From: Octopus bimaculoides
Taxonomy: Eukaryota
Direction: 5' to 3'
NCBI RefSeq assembly: GCF_001194135.2
Contig: NC_068992.1
Coordinates: forward strand, 679,189-743,188
DNA length: 64,000 nucleotides
Below, piece by piece: positions 10,301-24,823 of this stretch (within the stretch, counting starts at the first letter, position 1; every line of letters starts with the position of its first letter). Made by a program: the position numbers and the translations under genes. The notes below the pieces were generated by a model, which saw only the letters and a program-made list of their open reading frames with translations, ran no database searches and had not been told where the DNA came from.

Positions 10301-13300
10301 AGTTGTACATGTGGATGTACTTGCCTGTATTTGAGGAACACTTCGACTGGTACTTCTTTAGAGTGCTCAAAATTTCGTTAGTCTTCAGATTTAAATCCCC
10401 AATTTAATTTGATGCTATTTTGATTTGATGTTAGTTTTACAATTGACCCCATATTTGTTATTTTTACATAAACATATCCCATCTGTAGAAAATATTTTGT
10501 GTACAACTCTTTAAAATGATCAAACTTTAGAAAAAAGGCAAAAAGAAATGGCTTAAATGAAGATACTTTAAAATGTTTTTCGGGTAAATTTTGTAAATAA
10601 TTGCTGGTATATATTTTGGAAGGACACAAACCGTTGTGTAAATTCTGTGATAGGCATGTTCTGACATCTTTAGAGAGCTAAATTCAGATCGAATTCACTT
10701 AGTTCAAATTTTTAGCATCAATTAGATAAATGCGTAATTTCATTAAAGAAATGTTGTGCTTATTATTATGTCAATCCAACTAACTAGTGCCTTTCTAACC
10801 CCTATAACACTCTTTAATCTATATACATGCGACTAGTGCATCATACAGACAACAAACAGACAACTGCAGAACAGACATTTCTTTTAGAGTTCCTCTCTTC
10901 CTATATTCATCTCACAATTTCTTGGAAGGAATTGCTAACAGATTTTTAATTTTATAAAAAATACCTTCTAACTCGTACGATGATAAGTGATTATGTGTTC
11001 AAAGTGATTATTTCTTTCATTGACTCAGTGGAAGACATTACTATCTGTAATGGAAGATCACCCAACTGCCATTAGAATATACTCGATCATTTAGAAAATA
11101 TTCACTCTAGAAAAGAGTATAAGTCATTCAATCAACTTTGCTTGGATTGCCGATGAAATTAAGTTCAGGTGCTCATAAGCTATATCAAGTTGCTAGTGCG
11201 CATCATATCACACCATGGAAATCTTAATCGAGGTGAGTAATTCCATTTACTAACAGATAAACGTAGCAATATTTTATGAATTCCTTGTTTGATGAACGAA
11301 ATTTATCTACTGTATTTGTATTGTCTTTTAAAACAAACTCAAGTTTCAGACTGAAACTATTGCGTGCATATTAATTGATTGTGAAATATGTCGTATGTTT
11401 CAATACACGTGTAGAAAGATTTCGGTAAAATAAGGAGACATAGATGGCCATTAGCTGAAGAATGATATTTCAGCATTCAAAGATTTCCATTCTTACTAAT
11501 TCTTGTCACCATTCTGCTTCAAATATTTCATGTTATAACTATAATATATACCTGGCTGCAATATCATCTCGTGACATTGGCTAAGTGGCGGGTTTTGAGT
11601 TATCAGCAGCAGCAGATGCGTTTAATCTGCTCTAGAACAAAGATCACAAAACATCGAATCCTGTCATTTTTATTGTGATTTTATATATTTTATTTACAAC
11701 ACATCTGAAACACTTGAATATTTTCTGATGACGCTGACATTATATATTCCGTTTATATGACTATTTAGCTAGCAACTTACTTGCATCTCTTTTGAAATGA
11801 CCATATACACTAATTTAGTTTATTGATAATTCGTGCAATTCAGCTTTAAATCTATTTCATTATATCCTCGGAAACATAATTTAATACATGCCTATCTCTC
11901 CTAAATAATCTTAATAAGTACATTGATATCTGGAAATGATATATCCAAAAGATGTGGATCTTCATCCTTTTAAACAGCATGAGGGTGAAAGTTAGCTCCA
12001 AAATTACAGTCTCCAAATAGAATCACAACACATCTATTTTTATCTTGATCTTTAAATATTATTTTAAATTTGTTTCGACGTTACCATATTATAGCTTTAA
12101 ATTAACTTTGACGCTATGATAATATTTTGCATTTATTTTATTATTTCAACCGAATAGCAATTTCTATTTTTGCAGATTTTAAAGCAATATTAAGTTAAAT
12201 CTTTGACGCTGGCATTCAATTTCAAGCAGTCTATAAAGTTACGTGTTTACTAAACATCGCATTATATAATTATTATAATATTACCAATGACTTTATAACT
12301 TAGCTCTATGGCGTTTTTAATAATTATATTATTTTAAGATAAGTATATGCGCCCATCTATCTCTCTATCTACATTTTCTTTCTGGCTGTCTACTGCTATG
12401 TCTATCAAAACGACTTAAGTTTTAAATATAAGGATTAGCGACTGAAGAGACAGAAAATGTGTAAATAAAACATTAATTCGTGACAGAAAATAGTATCATA
12501 GTAAAATCATTTTCAGAATACAACCAAGTAAGTAATAATTTAACATTTCATTAATAACGTTTTTTATAGCGTTATGACAAAATAATATGCAAGAGAATAT
12601 TCAATAGTAACTAAAGAAATGTTAATTCCATATCAAGAATATAATTATAGCATTGGAAAATACATTTCATTTCTCAAACACCTCATATGAAAATATTTTT
12701 CCTTTTCTAGTCACAAGCATATTATTCCAGTATTTTCTGCATTTGAATTTTATAACATTAACAACTTTAAATAAATTAAGAATTTGTGTTTTTTTAGTTA
12801 TTAATTTAATATATTCTTCGTTAATTATTTGAGGAAATTTAAATTCATACCACTCCAATTAATTAAGAGTTAATTTACTTATTTTCCTTCGAAAGTTCAA
12901 TCAATTTTCACACAATTAGTGTTAATGTTGAATTTGAGGAAATATAATTAGACTGGAAGCGTTAGAAGTATTCACACATCTGTAACCTTGAAAGAATATT
13001 CCAGCGACACATTCTATTTTCATTTTCTTTCTAAATTACTTCTTTGCTAGTTTAGTTGTAATATTCAAACGTGGTTATTCTCGTGCATAAACAATATTCT
13101 TAATGGACTTGGGTAATGTAGATTTAGGTTAGATAAAAATTGTGACGCTTTCAATCACATGGGATATATTTTAAAAAAAGACATTATTATTTCGTAATTA
13201 CTTCAATGCTGAATAATAATGAAATATTTAAATCACCCGGATATCTTGTTTGCCATCCACCTAGTTCATCGGTTACCGTTACTTCCAAACAATACCAAAT

Positions 13301-13764
13301 TAAAGATAAGGAAATATTCGTGATATCTCCTCTAATAGCTTGGCCGATCGATCGATTAATTCTGTTTGTCTGATTATGTTGTTGGTCAAGATGACACTTT
13401 AAAATAACTCTTTTCCTAACTGTGTCCTATTTTGCATCTATTCAATGTGACAATCACTACGGATACACATTTATTTGGGATGTATGATATCTACAGCAGG
13501 GACATCTTTCTCTACAACTGCTACAATCCAAATTGCTACAGAGATTATTGCACAAAGTAAACAATACATATTTGGACAATTCAATATTGAAGCTGGACTA
13601 ATACTGTGCGAATATATTCTATGGTTATTCACTCAATGTTAGAACTAGTGGCAATTTGATTTTATTATTTACAGAGATCCCATGTTGTTGTGGAGATATC
13701 TAGTCAACTGCAACTACTGCTTTATTATTTCATATTTCCTGATGGACGCATTAGAGAAATCCTT

Positions 13765-14070
13765 AGAGCATCGAACAAAATGCTTTACGTTATGAATTTG
13801 ACTGGTGCCGGTGTCAAATTTGCCATTCATCCTTTCGGTTCGATGAAATAACGTATCAATATCAATCAAGAACTGGAATTGATGGCATCTTCTAAAACTT
13901 TCAACTAAAAAGTGCTATCCTCGTCTCTAACTCAGAAATTATTAAATAAGGTGAGCTGGCAATGTTCGAGAGAAAGTTCTTTGTGGCGTTTGTTCCAGGC
14001 TGCTTCCGTTTTGAGTTTAAATACCCCTCTTCCCCAGACTGACCCCAGTATTTGACAGGTATGTCAAATA
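13765..14070 (+). mobile_element. Two degenerate family A SINE relics
   Basis: TTTGCCATTCATCCTTTCGGTTCGAT near 13820 and GGTGAGCTGGCAA..TTTGAGTTTAAATAC near 13950-14025. Confidence 0.6.
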
Positions 14071-14499
14071 GAAATGTAAAGCAGTTGCATGGTGACATTT
14101 AATGTATTAGTATGGTATATATTAACAGGTATACCATACCAACGAGTGCGGTAATACATTTGCTATTTTTGTATTCATAGATTCAGAATTAAAACCTTCC
14201 GGAGAAAATTTTCTAATCGTCCCTCTCGATTCGACATCTTAATCACTGTTCATGTAGATTTCTATTATGCCATATATTTTGAATGTACCAACTGTCTGAT
14301 TTGTGACTGAAGTTGTGTAAGCAATAACTCACGGAGCATAGAAGCAGTTTCTGTGGATTGCTGAAGAATCTAATATTCGAGAAAACCGTGTCCATATGAA
14401 GCACAATTAGTATTAAAATCATGTTTTATTTGAAACTTCACTAAAAATATGTTCTTTTATTTTTTTCCCTTTCTACCTGTTTTATTCAATGGATTACAG

Positions 14500-14615
14500 C
14501 CGTTTTGGATCAGAACTTTGACAGATGTAATCAACCTAATCACCTCAGTACTTATTTTAAAAGTTTGGTGCGTATTCTGTCGGTAGTTTTGTCGAACCGT
14601 TAGCTTACGGTGACT
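14500..14615 (-). mobile_element. 3' part of a family B SINE
   Basis: AGTACTTATTTT..GTACTTATTCTGTCGG..TTTTGTCGAACCG.TAG.TTACGG-like block, homologous to 60350-60400. Confidence 0.55.
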
Positions 14616-15169
14616 AAAAGAAATCTCTGTTATTTATACACCATAGAAACGCGAGAGTCATCTTACAATTCCTAGGATTGGAGAAAAGAAAATTTACAAC
14701 GCAAAAAATTTCACTTTTTCATATTAAAACCCTGGAGCAGTGACAATGCAAAAAAAAAAAAAAGATCTTCTCTTAAAATATTTCTACTTTATTCTTTCAT
14801 TGACAATGTTTCGTACAACGTTGAGCTATGCTATACGTCACGAAAAATCAGAAGCAGAAGACAAGATGTCTGGAATTGTCGCCCAGTATCGTTTATCAAC
14901 AAATAGTATAATTCTTTTACAGCAATCTGATCTCTTTTTTTTTTTTTAATGATAGAAGTTTTAATTCTTTTTACTTATTCAAGAAGAGATTCGCAACTTT
15001 CTACACGGCTTTCGCAATGGTTGTTGTTATGACAAGAAACTACTGCATTATTGCAGTATTCGATAAATAAAAATAACTTTGTGGATAAGGAAAGCTAATA
15101 TTATACTTCTACTTTCATTAGATGTGTTACAAATACAAATGTATAATTCGAATAAGAAAGATATAATGT

Positions 15170-15189
15170 ACATGCATACATACATACAT

Positions 15190-15258
<69 letters not shown>

Positions 15259-15423
15259 TATATATATATGTATATATATATATGTATATATATATACATA
15301 TATATATCTACATATATATATATACATATATGTATACATAAATATATATATATATATATGTATACATATATATATTTATATATATATAGACGTACATATG
15401 TGTATATATATATGTGTGTTAAT

Positions 15424-15455
<32 letters not shown>

Positions 15456-15635
15456 GGGGGGGGGCACCCATATGTATAAATACAAATATAAACATATTTG
15501 TTTGTGTACTCCATTCCCGAAAGACATAAATATACCATGAATAAGTTAATGCAGAATGTGTTATCTATTTTAATCCGTATTAAAGCAAACTGTTAATTAT
15601 GAATAGCTACAATATTGATATTATAAATATTTGTA

Positions 15636-15671
<36 letters not shown>

Positions 15672-16266
15672 NNNNNNNNNNNNNNNNNNNNNNNNNNNNN
15701 NNNNNNNNNNNNNNNNNNNNNNNNNNNNNNNNNNNNNNNNNNNNNNNNNNNNNNNNNNNNNNNNNNNNNNNNNNNNNNNNNNNNNNNNNNNNNNNNNNNN
15801 NNNNNNNNNNNNNNNNNNNNNNNNNNNNNNNNNNNNNNNNNNNNNNNNNNNNNNNNNNNNNNNNNNNNNNNNNNNNNNNNNNNNNNNNNNNNNNNNNNNN
15901 NNNNNNNNNNNNNNNNNNNNNNNNNNNNNNNNNNNNNNNNNNNNNNNNNNNNNNNNNNNNNNNNNNNNNNNNNNNNNNNNNNNNNNNNNNNNNNNNNNNN
16001 NNNNNNNNNNNNNNNNNNNNNNNNNNNNNNNNNNNNNNNNNNNNNNNNNNNNNNNNNNNNNNNNNNNNNNNNNNNNNNNNNNNNNNNNNNNNNNNNNNNN
16101 NNNNNNNNNNNNNNNNNNNNNNNNNNNNNNNNNNNNNNNNNNNNNNNNNNNNNNNNNNNNNNNNNNNNNNNNNNNNNNNNNNNNNNNNNNNNNNNNNNNN
16201 NNNNNNNNNNNNNNNNNNNNNNNNNNNNNNNNNNNNNNNTATATATATATATATATATATATATAT
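15170..16266. repeat. Large compound (TACA)/(CA)/(TA) microsatellite field with an N gap
   Basis: Directly visible. The gap spans about 15672-16240. Confidence 0.95.
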
Positions 16267-16881
16267 GTAATGACTTGTTTGTGTTTTTGTCAATGTATTC
16301 AATTTTAGTCGTAATTACTCAGACATTAAAAATATAGTTTTCAAATCAATTATGGTGCGATAAAAAATTGCCAGAAAATGTTGGTTATGCAAACAGAGAA
16401 TATGAATAACAATATGTTACAAATACAAATATATAGTTTGTGGTTCAGAATAATATTTATTTATATTGGTAATGACAATTGTTGAATAAACTCTACTACA
16501 TTAGAATCGTATTTACTGAAGTAACTTGTGGGTAATTAATAATCAACTCTAATTAAGTATTATTATAATTTAATTGCATTTAATAAGTATTATTTCATCT
16601 ACCAGCTGTTTTATTAGCTGGCAAATAAAATATAATTGAAAATGAAATTATATTTGTACTTTTACAAGCAATTAGATTTACAATATTAACGGCTCTTCGG
16701 ATTATTGAATACAATAGAATACAGACGTAGTAAAAAGCGCCGCTTGAAGACCTTTGATAGCATATTTCAAACGTATAGGTTGTTGAATGAATAAAAGTGG
16801 TCTCTCTGAATTAATTTTATTTCGTGAAGCGCATAATTACCTTAATAAAAACAGCTGTAGCTATGAAACAAAGGTAGCCTG

Positions 16882-16950
16882 TAGCCCATAGTACAATCTG
16901 CTACAGGCCATAGCCTCTAGTCCATAGTACAATCTGCTATAGGCCATAAC
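16882..16950. repeat. 36-bp tandem duplication
   Basis: TAGCCCATAGTACAATCTGCTACAGGCCATAGC recurs as TAGTCCATAGTACAATCTGCTATAGGCCATAAC. Confidence 0.9.
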
Positions 16951-17374
16951 TAAATGTCCCTCAATCGCACAATGCTGTCGTAAAAATAATAATGAACATA
17001 TTAAATGCTTTAGTCTTTGTGACTCTATCTGAAGTGAAGACGGGCTGGAAACAATCAGTTGGAACGTATTTGATTATAGGTTTACTTGATCAGAGCTGAC
17101 TTGGGGATAAACAACATCAACTTTAGTAACTATGTGAATTATATTTCTAATAGCTTTAAAAATTCAATAAGTCATTGATCAATATGCAGTTATTGTGGTT
17201 TTGTCCCTATGAAGGAAATCAATATTCTCTTTTTTTCCGTTATTTATAAACGTAAGCTCTACCTACGTACGATATTTTATTTACATCTAAATTTATTCAG
17301 TAAGTTAAGTGATTTAACCTTATCGTATTGCTGCGTCGTTGACTCGATAGGGAACACACACATACATACATACA

Positions 17375-17425
<51 letters not shown>

Positions 17426-17559
17426 TGTGACAATAGCTTAACAATATATCGACTCAGCCACGTACATTTTTCATTGTATAGAAAATAAATTTTAACTGCG
17501 TAAATGTCGAATGATCCGTTGGTATCTTTCATTTTTTATGCTTAACTTGTTTTAGACAT

Positions 17560-17770
17560 TGGGCTGTGGCCATGAGGTGCCTTAGACGAAAGAATCGACC
17601 TTAGTACTTGCTTTGAAGCTTGCTACGCACTCTTTCGCTATGGTATGCCGAACCGCCAAGTTACGTAGATGTTATCAAGCTAAAACTAGTGGTCAGGCGG
17701 TACCAAGGTACAAACACAAAGGTATAACACACATAGATACATTCATCCATACATAAATTCATCTCTATAA

Positions 17771-17824
<54 letters not shown>

Positions 17825-17995
17825 ACATGCATACATACATAGATACAACGGGCTACTTTCGGTTCCCGCTTACCAAACCCATTCACGAGACTTTGGTCAG
17901 CCATATGCCATATAAGAAACAAATACCCAAGAAACCACACAGTAGAACTGAACCCAGAACAACGTGGCTGGAAAGCAAACTTCTTACCACAACAT
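17560..17995 (-). mobile_element. tRNA-derived SINE, family B, with an internal microsatellite
   Basis: Head on the minus strand (plus-strand ACTGAACCCAGAACAACGTGGCTGGAAAGCAAACTTCTTACCACA), internal (CT)n, and tail GCCGAACCGCCAAGTTACG. Homologous to the 39335 and 60262 copies. Confidence 0.8.
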
Positions 17996-20654
17996 CATGA
18001 AATATGTAGGAACCAAGAAGAATCGATGGTAATAAAGTCTACTAAATCTTAGTTATGATACTGTGTTGTGCTCAGTAGATTTATTTTTAGTGTATATCAT
18101 ATGGATAGATTTTTGTTGATAAATAAGAGAAGGAATGTCTATGAATTTACAGGGCCTTAAAGAAATAGGGGCCCGGGGCTGTTGAACATATGCAGTGGCT
18201 TCGTAGTAACCGACGGAGTTGCAGTTAATGCATCACCTTGTCTGTAATTTTGCCAGAAAGCGAACTACTTTGTAGAAAGATTACGAGGCTGTTGTTTGCA
18301 ATCACCCTACTAACGATTGTACAATACGCGTATTGATAAGAACCATGTTTCTTTTCCTCGTTATTAAACAATTTTAAGAAGCGGTGCATGGGGCAACTCC
18401 ATATTCCTTATTGGTATGGATATTATGTAAAGCAATCGAAGAAGACAGACATACGTAAATTCTATTTAGTGATAAGAGATATGAGTTCATATCTTCCCCA
18501 AATGGATTTATCCTACTATATCACGAATTCTAATGCATGATGAATTTATATACATATATACAATTTTAACTGGGAGATTATAAATACTAGACACACGTCG
18601 ACAAAATAATAATAGCACAGTAATTATCGCAGTGATTCTCAAAACTACTCGCCACGAGGTTTTGAAAATATAATCTTTAAAATTTCAAGACAACACATTG
18701 AGTATACTGAAAAACGTATTTATAATTTGATATAAAAACGTGCTATTCATAATTTTGCATGATGCATTAAGACAGAAAACAATAGCTTTGTAACAGTATT
18801 TTTTAAACAGTTTTCATGCAAAGTGCTCCAGAACTTTTTGTAAAACTTGAACTATAGTTTTGATACGAAATTAGAGAAATGGGAACAGCTTGTCTAGTTA
18901 AAAAAATGCGGTCACAATTTTTGTTATTATAAAAATATTTTTATTTCTGACAATGTGTCACGATTTTTATTTTTGTCCTAATAAATATTTAAAAAAAATT
19001 CTTTTTTATTATTGTCGTGAGACAGAGATCGTAGAGAAATGAATGTTTTCTCACTACTTTTCTCGTAGACCAAGTGAAATCATTCCATTTCTTTTGTTTT
19101 CAAAATATTGTAATATCAAATTCATTGTAGTAAAAAGTAGAAGCAGGAATGTGGTATACGTGAGAGCAGCACTATTAAAGCCCATCACAGCTGCCATAAT
19201 CACCACTAGTTACTCACGAACCCATACAAACAACTTCATCACTGATGATGTTGCATCGAATTTGTGCAAATGCAAAATAGCTTAGAGCAACAACAGAGAT
19301 CACTAGAAAGAGGAAAAAGCCAAAATAATGGCTACTGTTACATGCAGCGTCGGAGATAGATGTGAAAGCAGGGCTGTATGAGTGTCCAACAGAGTAGCAT
19401 TGAACGGTATATAGTCAAATGTAGCTACGAATATTCTCGAAATCATGATGGAGGGACATAGATGTTAAGCAAGTCAAGATAAACACTTTAACAAAGATGA
19501 TCCGTGATCAAATGGAACAACATATTTCGTAGTTACGCATGGAAACACGAAGAACATTTCAAATCTCATGCGCTTAAATTAGATTTTGAAGAATATCTAC
19601 TGATTTATTGTTAAATCGTCCAATGTAAATCTAGTTAGTAGGTATCAAATATATATAAATATTTTGAACATTTACTATGTCAAATATTAACTAGATATGT
19701 TATATAGACCACGATAGTAAGATAATTACGTGGTAGACCTTTATCACAAACCAGATTGCATATATCCCAATGCTTAACACTCGTATGGCTCATATAACCA
19801 AATAGACAAGATGTCATTGAATATTAGGAACGCTATCATAGCAACGTTAAATCACAGTCACTTAATTGATATTGAGCGTGATTTATTTGCTTGGGGTGCT
19901 AAGCAAAATTACAGAGATGTATAACTTATAAATATTACAAATGTTGTGTTGAGATCCATAGAATCAATATGAAGTTTATCATTAAATACGACCTATGTAG
20001 ATTATAGAATCTCTGTGGAATTTAATGATAACATAACAAATGTAATGCCAATCCCCACCGACATAAGATATGGAATTGCGATCAATCTTGACATCGTGAT
20101 AAACAGGTCAGGCAGACCAAGTACGATATTTGCAAATTGATTAATATAGTATGTATAAAGCAATATCAGATATATATCTGTATTCCTACAAATAGTAAGC
20201 CATATAAAGACATAGCTATTATGAGATCGCATAGTTTATTGAAGCCTTTAATCTCGTTTTATTATTATTTTTGTATCCATGTTTCGTATGTGAATTGCAA
20301 ATACATTTTATATCACCACCAGGGGGAAAATGCAATAAAACTTCTGATAATTGCTGATTTAAATTTAACTACAGTAAAATACAGCGCAAGATATGACACG
20401 CAGGTGACGTAGCCACACGGACATTCAACTTAACATTGGACCACCAATATTGACGATATTTCACCCGCCGATGTAATCTGTTCTATTTAGCACAAAATGT
20501 CTATAGGAGATTATCTATGGGGACGATTACAGCTGCTTATATCGTTTAAAGCTTATTGATATTTCTTACAAAGAGTACTACNNNNNNNNNNACACACATA
20601 CTCAAATGTGCGTGCGTATAATACACATATACATGTATGTTTGTGCGAGTGTGT

Positions 20655-20835
20655 GTTTGTGTGTGTGTGCGTGTGTGTGTGTACAGGCATAGGCATTTTC
20701 AATGGTGGCAAACAAGATTGTATCGTCAGGAAGCTCGCTTTCTAGCAGGTTTGATTCATGTTCAGTCCAACTAAGCAGCACCTTGAACAAGTGACTTCTA
20801 CTATAGTCCTCGACTAACCAATGCATTTTATGTGA
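20655..20835 (+). mobile_element. Partial family B SINE
   Basis: GGTTTGATTCATGTTCAGTCC..GCACCTTGAACAAGTGACTTCTACTATAGTCCTCGACTAACCAA matches the family B head. Confidence 0.6.
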
Positions 20836-22099
20836 TATGTATGTGTGAATATATATATATATATGTGTGTGTGTGCGTGTGTGTCTTTAACAATCTGCTT
20901 CGTTTGCTTCCATCTCTTTAACTTAACGATTCGTCAAAGGTACCCGATTTTTCGTCACCTTTCTACTAAAATGTTATAACTCTACAGTCGCTTAGAAAAC
21001 ATCTCAAATGCATTCGTTACATAATTTAAGATAGAATATTTTCTAACCGATCGTATTCCTACCACGAAAACCTCAACCAATACCTTTGTTTTTGTCCGTA
21101 TGTGTGTATATAATTGCGAATATATATCTGCTTGCATGCATCTGTTTCTGTGTCTGTGTCTCACTGTGTATGCGTATATTTATAACTATTTTCGTCATTT
21201 CATACATTTTATTTTCATATTTTGCACTGGTGCGCATTTCTTTGATCTGAATTAAATCAGTTACCATATCCATTTCATATTTACTTCAAACTAACTTGGC
21301 TTTCTGAACAGCTAACGAGTGTGTGTGAATGTGTATGAGTGTTTATTAAACTTCTTTAGGTTATATCAATAAAAAATTAATTCCAGGCGTCAGTATAGTC
21401 TTTCATTCTCTGCTAACGATTTCAAGTTTAGTGACATAGCACAACACAGACTAATCCAACTAAAGTAAAAAATGTCAATGTAAACCAAAATTAAATATTC
21501 TTAACAAGGTATAATGAATTCTAGACCAGTTTCGTTCAGCCTGACTTATCTGTATGAAACAATAATCAGTATAATAATATAATGTGATTCATAAGTCCCC
21601 TTTGTATTTTAATGGTATATCTAATTTTTAGATTGCTGTAATATTTTTAAAATTATACTTTTACAATTATCCTTTCAGTCTTGGTATGAATATTGTTTGA
21701 TATACAAATACACACACAAATACATACATATATGTACATACACCACACTCATATATATATATATATATATATATATTGATACACATATGTAGGTATATAA
21801 ATATTGCTTTATGAATTTGAAAATAAATATGATTATGAAATAAGAGAATGTACACTGATATGAAATAATATAATATAACCGTAATACTGTTCAATTTTTA
21901 GACATATTTAGTTCAACAAATTTGAGGGAGATGCAATAAGTTCGCAGTATCACTAACAGCATATTCCAGTAACTATGGTAGAATCATTGAACCGTGGCGA
22001 TAAACTGGGATCCTCGACTCTGGGGTTAAGGAATTCATCGTGTAAGTGGATGGAGATCATAGCTGTAATGAGATGAAAGGAACGAAGTTGACATCTGGT

Positions 22100-22400
22100 G
22101 AAAGTGAAAACTTTCGTATATTTAGTACCGCAACTGACTAATTTCAGTTCTTTAACCGGTTTAGAGTTCAAAGTTAGCAAGGAAATTGAAAGTACGGTGG
22201 TTTCTGGCAACAGTAGAATCTCTTCTATACGGGGCTGAAACATGGACGCTCACTAAAGCATTAAAGAAGCAGTTGAATGCTTAGAATGGCACTCAATATC
22301 TCCTGGAAGAGTCATACAACAAACGCTGACTTATACCAGGCTCTACCAAAAGTAACATTGAAGATACAGTTGCTATGGTTCTATATCGTTGATTAAGGTA
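22100..22400 (+). mobile_element. RTE-clade LINE fragment (RT C-terminal region)
   Basis: Translates to FLATVESLLYGAETWTLTKALKKQLN and MLRMALNISWKSHTTNADLYQALPKV, the typical RTE LLYG.ETWTL and LRMALN.SW motifs. Frameshifted. Confidence 0.85.
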
Positions 22401-24166
22401 CCAAACTTTTGTTGGCTTAGCCTACACATCCATAAATCGGTGTAAACATATGCCATGGTAGTCAACTGGAGCTCTATTTGATTTGCTTTAATGATCGCAA
22501 GTCATTATCCTGATATAGCTTGACATCTATAACGCTTATAACTTATTGATTGATACCGCTCATTAAAGCTGGTTATAAAATAGAAGATCCTCACACAAGG
22601 ACGTGATCGTGAATATTAATTTATGCATCACAATGGATGCAAGACATATGTTAGGCACGAAAACTTTCCTTCGTGCATCTTATACTTTTGTTGGAATCTC
22701 CTGCGCAGCTTTCCCCTGCCGGATCTATTTCGTAACTAAAAGCTAAAAGCGCTTGCATCATTCGTCACATTTCTTCCAAAATCATTTGCACTCGCATCAT
22801 TTCATTAAGATGACCAGTTCTTTGCAATATAGCCAGTCAACTCCTGTTTTCAATTCCGTTCATATTTAAAGAAACATTCGTTCGGATGTCTGATGCTTAA
22901 AAAAAAAAGATAATTTCACATTTTGTCAACTTCCGATGGAATGATTATTTTGAAAAAGCGAAACGAGAAAGGCAATCCAAAAAATTGTAAAGCAATGAAT
23001 GAATAGGTTGATAGCAGCAGGAGTTCACAAAAACTGGATAGATTTCCTAGTGGATGAATGAGTAGAGTCCTCAAAAACATTTGTCTATCAAAACTGTTGC
23101 AAAATATCTCGATGCTGCATCCGCTTTGCTTGGCAATATGTATTTTGTACTTGCTATCGTGCCGCACCTAAAGCCATGAACTGCGGAAGAAGGGAAACGA
23201 GACAATGCATAGTCAAATATTATAGAAAATGACAAAAGTCATTAAAAAAACATCGTAATTCTATTTGCGGAAAACGAAATTACTTTCTTGCCAACCCAGT
23301 ATATATGATATACACTGTTTTAAAATAAAGCTACTAATAGTTCCTCGCTATAGTTTGTTCTCTTAGAACAAGCCATGTGTTCAGAGGTTGAGGATTGCTT
23401 GGAGACACAAGGCTTTGTATAAAAGTCTGACTAACCACGTGTCTCAGTGGCAAGAAACTATTAGCAGCTCTTATACAATGTACATTAAATGAAGTTTGTC
23501 TCTCACTGGACGGAGCACTGCTTTTGTTGATCCTACCTTAATGGAACAGTAAAATACACACACATATATACATACATAATATATGCACACATGCATGTGT
23601 GTGTTTTGTATACACATAAATGCATGTACGCATATACACACGTACATATTTTGATGAAATGCAACTGTTTTTAATACACATAGTATTTGCATTGGTAAAG
23701 CATATGTAAATGTTATGGTGAAGTTGCGTGATGGTTTAAATTTTATTACACTTCTCATTATTGACTTCACTATTTGTCAGTAATTCATTGGAATATCACA
23801 TGAATGAGATTTGGTTAAAATATGCAGTGAAGTTATAATTTATGAGCAACAACTTTTGTAAATATTCATAATGTACATATGTCCTTATATGGAAATATTC
23901 TGTGTGTTTATATGCTAAAGATGTATTGCTTTTATGTCGCAACTTGAATAATTTTTATATTTATCCCAGTCAGGCATTGAAATTACCATTCTGTATATGA
24001 GTTTAGGTATTCAAACTGTTACACGGAGGTTTGATATCTATTGTGAATACAAGACTATGCATGTAGATTATGCCAAAGATATTGTAATACACATATAATC
24101 GTTATATTCTATCATTTTAAAAGTGTGTAGTTATATAGGTTTAAGTTACATACATACACAAAGACA

Positions 24167-24202
<36 letters not shown>

Positions 24203-24701
24203 TGTGTGTGTGTGTGTGTGCTATATTATAGTATATTACATACCTATATATGTATACACACATATGTGTATGTGAATGTAAAATATATATACATATATCT
24301 GCTTATACATACCTACACATTGTGAATGCATGTGTCTGCGCGCGCGTGTTTAAAGCACTCCCTAGAGTATACAGTCATATGCATTCGCTCAACAAAAGCG
24401 TCGTAAATTTTTCTTCCTATCCATTGCTTTATTTTTGTGACAACAAACTGATCACTCAAAAGACGAAATAAGGTTTTCGTAACGAGGAATATTTGACGTC
24501 GATGCCAAATGCAATAGTGAAGATAGATGTCTTTAAAGTATGAAGCGAAATTTTATCAAATTCTCCAGTAAGTATTCACATACTTTAATACATTTACACT
24601 CATGTTATTGGAATTGACGCATTAAATGCTCTGTGTAATGTCATAAGTATTTCAAGACTTTATCTATTTACTTTTTTGTCTCCTGAATAATCTGATACAA
24701 A

Positions 24702-24823
24702 TCAAGGTATCTCGGAAACTGGGGTGGTTTCTAAAGTACCATGATCATTTTCATCCTCCTCTCCGTCGTCGTCGTAAATTACGACCCTGGATACCGATGG
24801 CTCATTCTTTGTTGATGAATTTC
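24702..24823 (-). CDS. Candidate terminal coding exon of an unidentified gene (NSSTKNEPSVSRVVIYDDDGEEDENDHGTLETTPVSEIP*)
   Basis: Minus-strand acceptor ATGTATCTCACAG at 24824-24836. Open 39 codons in phase 1 to TGA at 24704-24702. AATAAA about 270 nt downstream. No homology recognised. Confidence 0.3.

Noticed and set aside
13200-13720. Cadherin-like pseudogene (YCLEVTVTDELGG; STTATIQI)
   Set aside because: The motifs lie on opposite strands and the DxD, DRE and DxNDN calcium motifs are missing.
19040-19470. Multi-pass receptor (chemotactile, nAChR-like or GPCR) pseudogene on the minus strand
   Set aside because: The hydrophobicity comes from the complement of A-rich decayed triplets. There is no Cys-loop, DRY or NPxxY motif, and there are many stops.
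19721-20140. 140-codon plus frame with only three internal stops
   Set aside because: No recognisable motif or splice signals. Expected occasionally given six frames over 64 kb.
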